A stretch of DNA of 63,981 bases, filler included. It is 4 parts of 4 records of this genome, joined end to end, with 100 filler letters (N's around TTAATTAATTAA, not from the genome) between each part and the next. Parts side by side here need not be neighbours in the genome. Positions count along the whole stretch, not along the records: positions 55,568 to 63,981 come from SRR20825019_2892; 3 more parts are not named here. One strand, written 5' to 3'. Of the stretch, positions 60,504 to 63,981 are shown piece after piece (positions within the stretch are counted from its first letter, which is position 1; each line of letters starts with the position of its first letter). The position numbers were made by a program, and so were the translations under genes. A model generated the notes under the pieces. That model was given only the letters and a program-made list of their open reading frames with translations, had not been told where the DNA came from and did not search any database.

Positions 60504-62300
60504 ATGGAAAGACCACCTTTAGACATACAAGTAAAGACTTTGCCAAGCAGTCCTGGCGTGTACCAATATTTTGATAAGGATGATAAAATCTTATATGTCG
60601 GAAAGGCTAAAAACTTAAAAAAAAGGGTGAATTCCTACTTTACTAAAAAGCACGACAGTCATCGTATTGGTGTGATGGTAAAGAAGATTAAAAACATAAA
60701 GCATATTGTAGTTAATTCTGAAACAGATGCACTTCTGCTAGAAAACAACTTAATTAAAAAACTGAAGCCTCGTTTTAATGTCATGCTTCGTGATGACAAA
60801 ACCTATCCTTGGCTTTGCATTAAAAAAGAACGCTTTCCTAGAGTATTTCCTACGCGACGTGTTATTAAAGATGGCAGCGAATATTATGGTCCTTTTACAA
60901 GTATGAAAACGGTACATACCTTGCTTGACCTTATCAAAGGCCTATACCAACTTAGGACTTGTAAATATGATTTAGCTGAAGAAAAGATTGATGCCGGAAA
61001 ATACAAAGTTTGCTTAGAGTATCATTTAGGAAACTGTCAAGGTCCTTGTGAAGGTTACCAAACAGAAGAGGAATACCATAGCAATATAGATCATATAAGA
61101 CAGATTGTAAAAGGAAATTTTAAAGATTCGCTCATTAAGTTTAAAGACCAGATGAAAGGTCACGCAGAGCGTATGGAGTTTGAAGATGCTCAGCGTATAA
61201 AAGAAAAGATACAAGTTTTAGAAAAGTACCAAAGCAAATCTACAGTAGTAAATCCTAAAATTAATAATGTTGATGTATTTTCAATTGTTAGTGATGAAGG
61301 CTTTGGGTACGTTAATTTTTTACAGTTATCTCACGGTTCAATAATAAGATCTCATACTATAGAACTTAAAAAGAAGTTAGATGAAGGTGACCAAGAGTTA
61401 CTAGAGCTTGGTATTATTGAAATACGACAACGCTTTAACTCTCAATCTAAAGAAATTTATGTGCCTATGCATGTTGAAGTAGGTGAAGATTTAAAGGTGA
61501 CCGTTCCTAAGCTAGGAGACAAGAAAAGTATTGTAGACCTTTCTACCAGAAACGCTAAATATTTTAGGCAAGAGCGTTTTAAACAAATGAAAATTGTAGA
61601 CCCAGATAGGCACGTTAAGCGGATCATGGCGCAAATGAAAGAAGATTTACGGCTTAATGAAGAACCAAGACATATTGAATGTTTTGACAACTCTAACATT
61701 CAAGGTACAAATCCTGTAGCAGCATGTGTGGTGTTTAAAGATGGTAAACCTAGCAAAAGCGAGTATAGAAAATTCAATATTAAAACTGTTGAAGGTCCAG
61801 ATGACTTTGCCAGTATGGAGGAAGTGGTTTTTAGACGTTATAGGCGTCTTTTAAATGAAGACCAACCCTTACCGCAATTAATTATAATTGATGGTGGTAA
61901 AGGCCAACTATCTTCTGCCGTAAAAGCATTAGACGACTTAGGTTTACGTGGAAAGATTGCTATTGTAGGTATTGCTAAACGCCTAGAAGAAATATTTTAC
62001 CCAACAGATAAATACCCTTTGTATCTAGACAAAAAATCTGAGTCTTTAAAAATAATACAACACCTTAGGAATGAAGCACACCGCTTCGGTATTACGTTTC
62101 ACAGACAAAAACGAAGTAGCGCTGCTTTAGGCACTGAACTTGAAAATATAACTGGAATAGGCGAAAAAACTGCAGTCGAGTTATTAAAACACTTTAGAAG
62201 TATTTCAAAAATTAAATCGGCTAAAAGAGAAGACCTTGAACAGGTTGTTGGTGTAGCAAAGGCAAGCTTGGTTTATGAATTTTACAATAAAGAAAACTAG
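60504..62300 (+). CDS. uvrC: excinuclease ABC subunit C
   Basis: GIY-YIG PGVYQY..YVGKAKNLKKRV, ECFDNSN, IDGGKGQ, RNEAHRF and HhH. Confidence 0.97.
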   Translation: MERPPLDIQVKTLPSSPGVYQYFDKDDKILYVGKAKNLKKRVNSYFTKKHDSHRIGVMVKKIKNIKHIVVNSETDALLLENNLIKKLKPRFNVMLRDDKTYPWLCIKKERFPRVFPTRRVIKDGSEYYGPFTSMKTVHTLLDLIKGLYQLRTCKYDLAEEKIDAGKYKVCLEYHLGNCQGPCEGYQTEEEYHSNIDHIRQIVKGNFKDSLIKFKDQMKGHAERMEFEDAQRIKEKIQVLEKYQSKSTVVNPKINNVDVFSIVSDEGFGYVNFLQLSHGSIIRSHTIELKKKLDEGDQELLELGIIEIRQRFNSQSKEIYVPMHVEVGEDLKVTVPKLGDKKSIVDLSTRNAKYFRQERFKQMKIVDPDRHVKRIMAQMKEDLRLNEEPRHIECFDNSNIQGTNPVAACVVFKDGKPSKSEYRKFNIKTVEGPDDFASMEEVVFRRYRRLLNEDQPLPQLIIIDGGKGQLSSAVKALDDLGLRGKIAIVGIAKRLEEIFYPTDKYPLYLDKKSESLKIIQHLRNEAHRFGITFHRQKRSSAALGTELENITGIGEKTAVELLKHFRSISKIKSAKREDLEQVVGVAKASLVYEFYNKEN

Positions 62301-62890
62301 AGCTGCTCTAAGAAACCTTCTAAATCTTCGTGAGAAAAGCTAATTGCTCCGTTAACTAAAATTACTGGCGTTTTTACAGTATCTCCTAAATACCCATTAA
62401 GCTCTAACAACTCCCACATTAATTGGTTATACATTGGGTTGTCTGTAATGTTAAGCTTAGCGTAAGGTTTGTTTTTAGCGTTTAAATAGGCCATTGTTGT
62501 TTGGCATCTTCCGCAATCTGTTTTATCAAAAATCACAATCCCTTTATTTAATAAGATATCATCTCCTACTGTAAACGCTTCATTAATGAGGTGTTCTTTT
62601 GGAAACTCATTTAAAAAATCAAAATTATAATTGTAAGAACCTGTAATCTTTAGTTTGTGAAAAATATCTGTTACCTGAGGGTTTATTCGTTTTAATAAAG
62701 GGTTTGTGTTTCCTTCTAATCCTTCAAGATCTTTTACAGTAAAAATCACATCTTGAGTAAAGTCTGTATTATTAGATACAAAGAAAATAAGTGTATCGTT
62801 ATCTTTAGCAACATCAACACTTATTGCTTCGTTTTGAGACATTCCCAACAAAGACGTAAAAATAAATATTAAGGGTACTAAATATTTCAT
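62297..62890 (-). CDS. exported glutaredoxin-domain protein
   Basis: Signal peptide; CGRC motif and TPVILVNG. Confidence 0.75.
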   Translation of the reverse strand: MKYLVPLIFIFTSLLGMSQNEAISVDVAKDNDTLIFFVSNNTDFTQDVIFTVKDLEGLEGNTNPLLKRINPQVTDIFHKLKITGSYNYNFDFLNEFPKEHLINEAFTVGDDILLNKGIVIFDKTDCGRCQTTMAYLNAKNKPYAKLNITDNPMYNQLMWELLELNGYLGDTVKTPVILVNGAISFSHEDLEGFLEQL

Positions 62891-62900
62891 GTGTTAAGTA

Positions 62901-63677
62901 TTAAGCTGGTACGTGGTGCTCTATTTCTAATTCTATACCATTCCATAAAATTAAACGTTTTTCTAAAGCCTCTTTAGAAACTTGTTCAACTTCTTTCCAC
63001 TTTTGTTCATCATCTCCACAAAGATTTTCAATCATTTTAAGAGCCATTGGTCCATGCTCATCTTCATCTAACTCAATATGACGATCAAAATAATATTTAA
63101 ACAGCTCTAAATCATCTTTAGGAAACTCCTTTTGTATCTTTTCAATAATACTATTAAACATCATTGGAATAAGATTTTCTCTACCAAATGTAAATGCTGC
63201 AGCGGTTTTGTGTGGCTTATCTTCTTCAATCACCTCAAACGTAAATTTCAGGAATTCTTTTACACTCATAGGCAACTCACTTATTGCAATAACTAAGAAG
63301 ATATCTGTGCCGTGTTCTATATGCTTTAAAAACTCCTCAATAGGTTCTGTTGCTGCACCTGCTTTTTTCATTGCATCTATATACATCTCAAAATGGCTTT
63401 GGCGCTCTCCTTTTAAATTTACATCTGTTTCTTCAGCTAAGACTATTTCATTAATTAAGTATCTAATTTCTGGAGACCCTATAGGTATCCAAGGTGTTTT
63501 AGTTTTTGTAAGCTTAAATTGTAATGATTTTAGTAAAGACATAAAATCCCACACTGCAAATACGTGATGTTGCATAAAGATCTGCAACTCTTCTGGTGTC
63601 TTAATTTTATTATACAACGAATGGTTTTGAAGCTTATCCTGAAGTGGTTGTATTTTTTCTTCGATTGTTGAAATCAT
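62901..63677 (-). CDS. DUF3050 family (heme-oxygenase-like fold) protein
   Basis: HVFAVWDFMSLLKSLQ, INEIVLAEETD, SHFEMY and RHIELDEDEHGP. Confidence 0.85.
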   Translation of the reverse strand: MISTIEEKIQPLQDKLQNHSLYNKIKTPEELQIFMQHHVFAVWDFMSLLKSLQFKLTKTKTPWIPIGSPEIRYLINEIVLAEETDVNLKGERQSHFEMYIDAMKKAGAATEPIEEFLKHIEHGTDIFLVIAISELPMSVKEFLKFTFEVIEEDKPHKTAAAFTFGRENLIPMMFNSIIEKIQKEFPKDDLELFKYYFDRHIELDEDEHGPMALKMIENLCGDDEQKWKEVEQVSKEALEKRLILWNGIELEIEHHVPA

Positions 63678-63702
63678 GTGAGGCAAAATTTTTGCAAAAG
63701 TA

Positions 63703-63730
63703 AAGGCTTTAGCGTGATTGCTAAAGCCTT
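63703..63730 (-). terminator. intrinsic terminator
   Basis: AAGGCTTTAGC-N6-GCTAAAGCCTT downstream of the acyl-CoA dehydrogenase. Confidence 0.75.
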
Positions 63731-63765
63731 ACCTCTACTTTATATATTGTTTAACAGCTTTTATT

Positions 63766-63981
63766 TTATTTAAAAGCTGAAATTCCTGTAATATCTAATC
63801 CTGTTATTAGTAAATGTATATCGTGAGTTCCTTCATAGGTTATAACACTTTCTAAATTCATTGAGTGTCTCATAATACTATACTCTCCAGTAATACCCAT
63901 ACCACCTAGCATTTGTCTTGCCTCTCTTGCAATATTTATAGCCATCTCTACATTATTACGTTTTGCCATAGATATTTGTGC
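63766..63981 (-). CDS. acyl-CoA dehydrogenase (glutaryl-CoA dehydrogenase-like), C-terminal fragment
   Basis: [14 protein letters not shown] and [15 protein letters not shown]; runs off the window. Confidence 0.88.
   Translation of the reverse strand, partial: AQISMAKRNNVEMAINIAREARQMLGGMGITGEYSIMRHSMNLESVITYEGTHDIHLLITGLDITGISAFK

Noticed and set aside
1-63981. CRISPR arrays, rRNA, tRNA, integrases or transposases
   Set aside because: No repeat-spacer periodicity, cloverleaf or rRNA signature, or recombinase motif was seen by eye. tRNAscan-SE and Infernal would be needed to exclude short RNAs.

Overview
The window is not one locus. It joins four unrelated contigs with 100-nt artificial spacers (N44-TTAATTAATTAA-N44 at 17550-17649, 48635-48734 and 55468-55567). 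(1) 1-17549 is a compact eukaryotic contig, probably from a protist, with short GT-AG introns (mostly ~50-63 nt). It carries six genes in strict +/- pairs: a PSI-repeat membrane protein, an unknown polytopic membrane protein, a TMEM249 (CatSper-theta) homologue, the TFIIA large subunit with CTD-like SP/Y repeats, an OTU deubiquitinase, and a large EF-hand/Clu/TPR/LRR protein. The head-to-head intergenic regions are very GC-rich, CpG-island-like stretches. (2) 17650-48634 is a high-GC Roseobacter-like alphaproteobacterial contig. It holds a large sugar-acid catabolic island (apionate ApnO, an OiaK-like kinase and a RuBisCO-like protein; tetronate denD-ltnD-otnK-otnC-otnI; a UxaA-family dehydratase; a split transketolase) with two visible operator motifs. 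It also encodes a delta-class carbonic anhydrase and an ectoine-catabolism-like trio built around a diaminopropionate-lyase-type enzyme. (3) 48735-55467 is another alphaproteobacterial contig: tldD, then a TPR/beta-barrel (Slam/T11SS-like) + FecR-domain exported protein + CHASE2 adenylate cyclase triad, then threonine aldolase. (4) 55568-63981 is an AT-rich Flavobacteriaceae-like contig: sdhB, a Schlafen/AlbA-domain gene, a TonB-dependent receptor preceded by a His-rich PPP-ending leader protein, uvrC, a glutaredoxin-like gene, DUF3050 and an acyl-CoA dehydrogenase. All family calls come from motif recognition by eye; no database search was run. No rRNA, tRNA, CRISPR array or transposase was seen.
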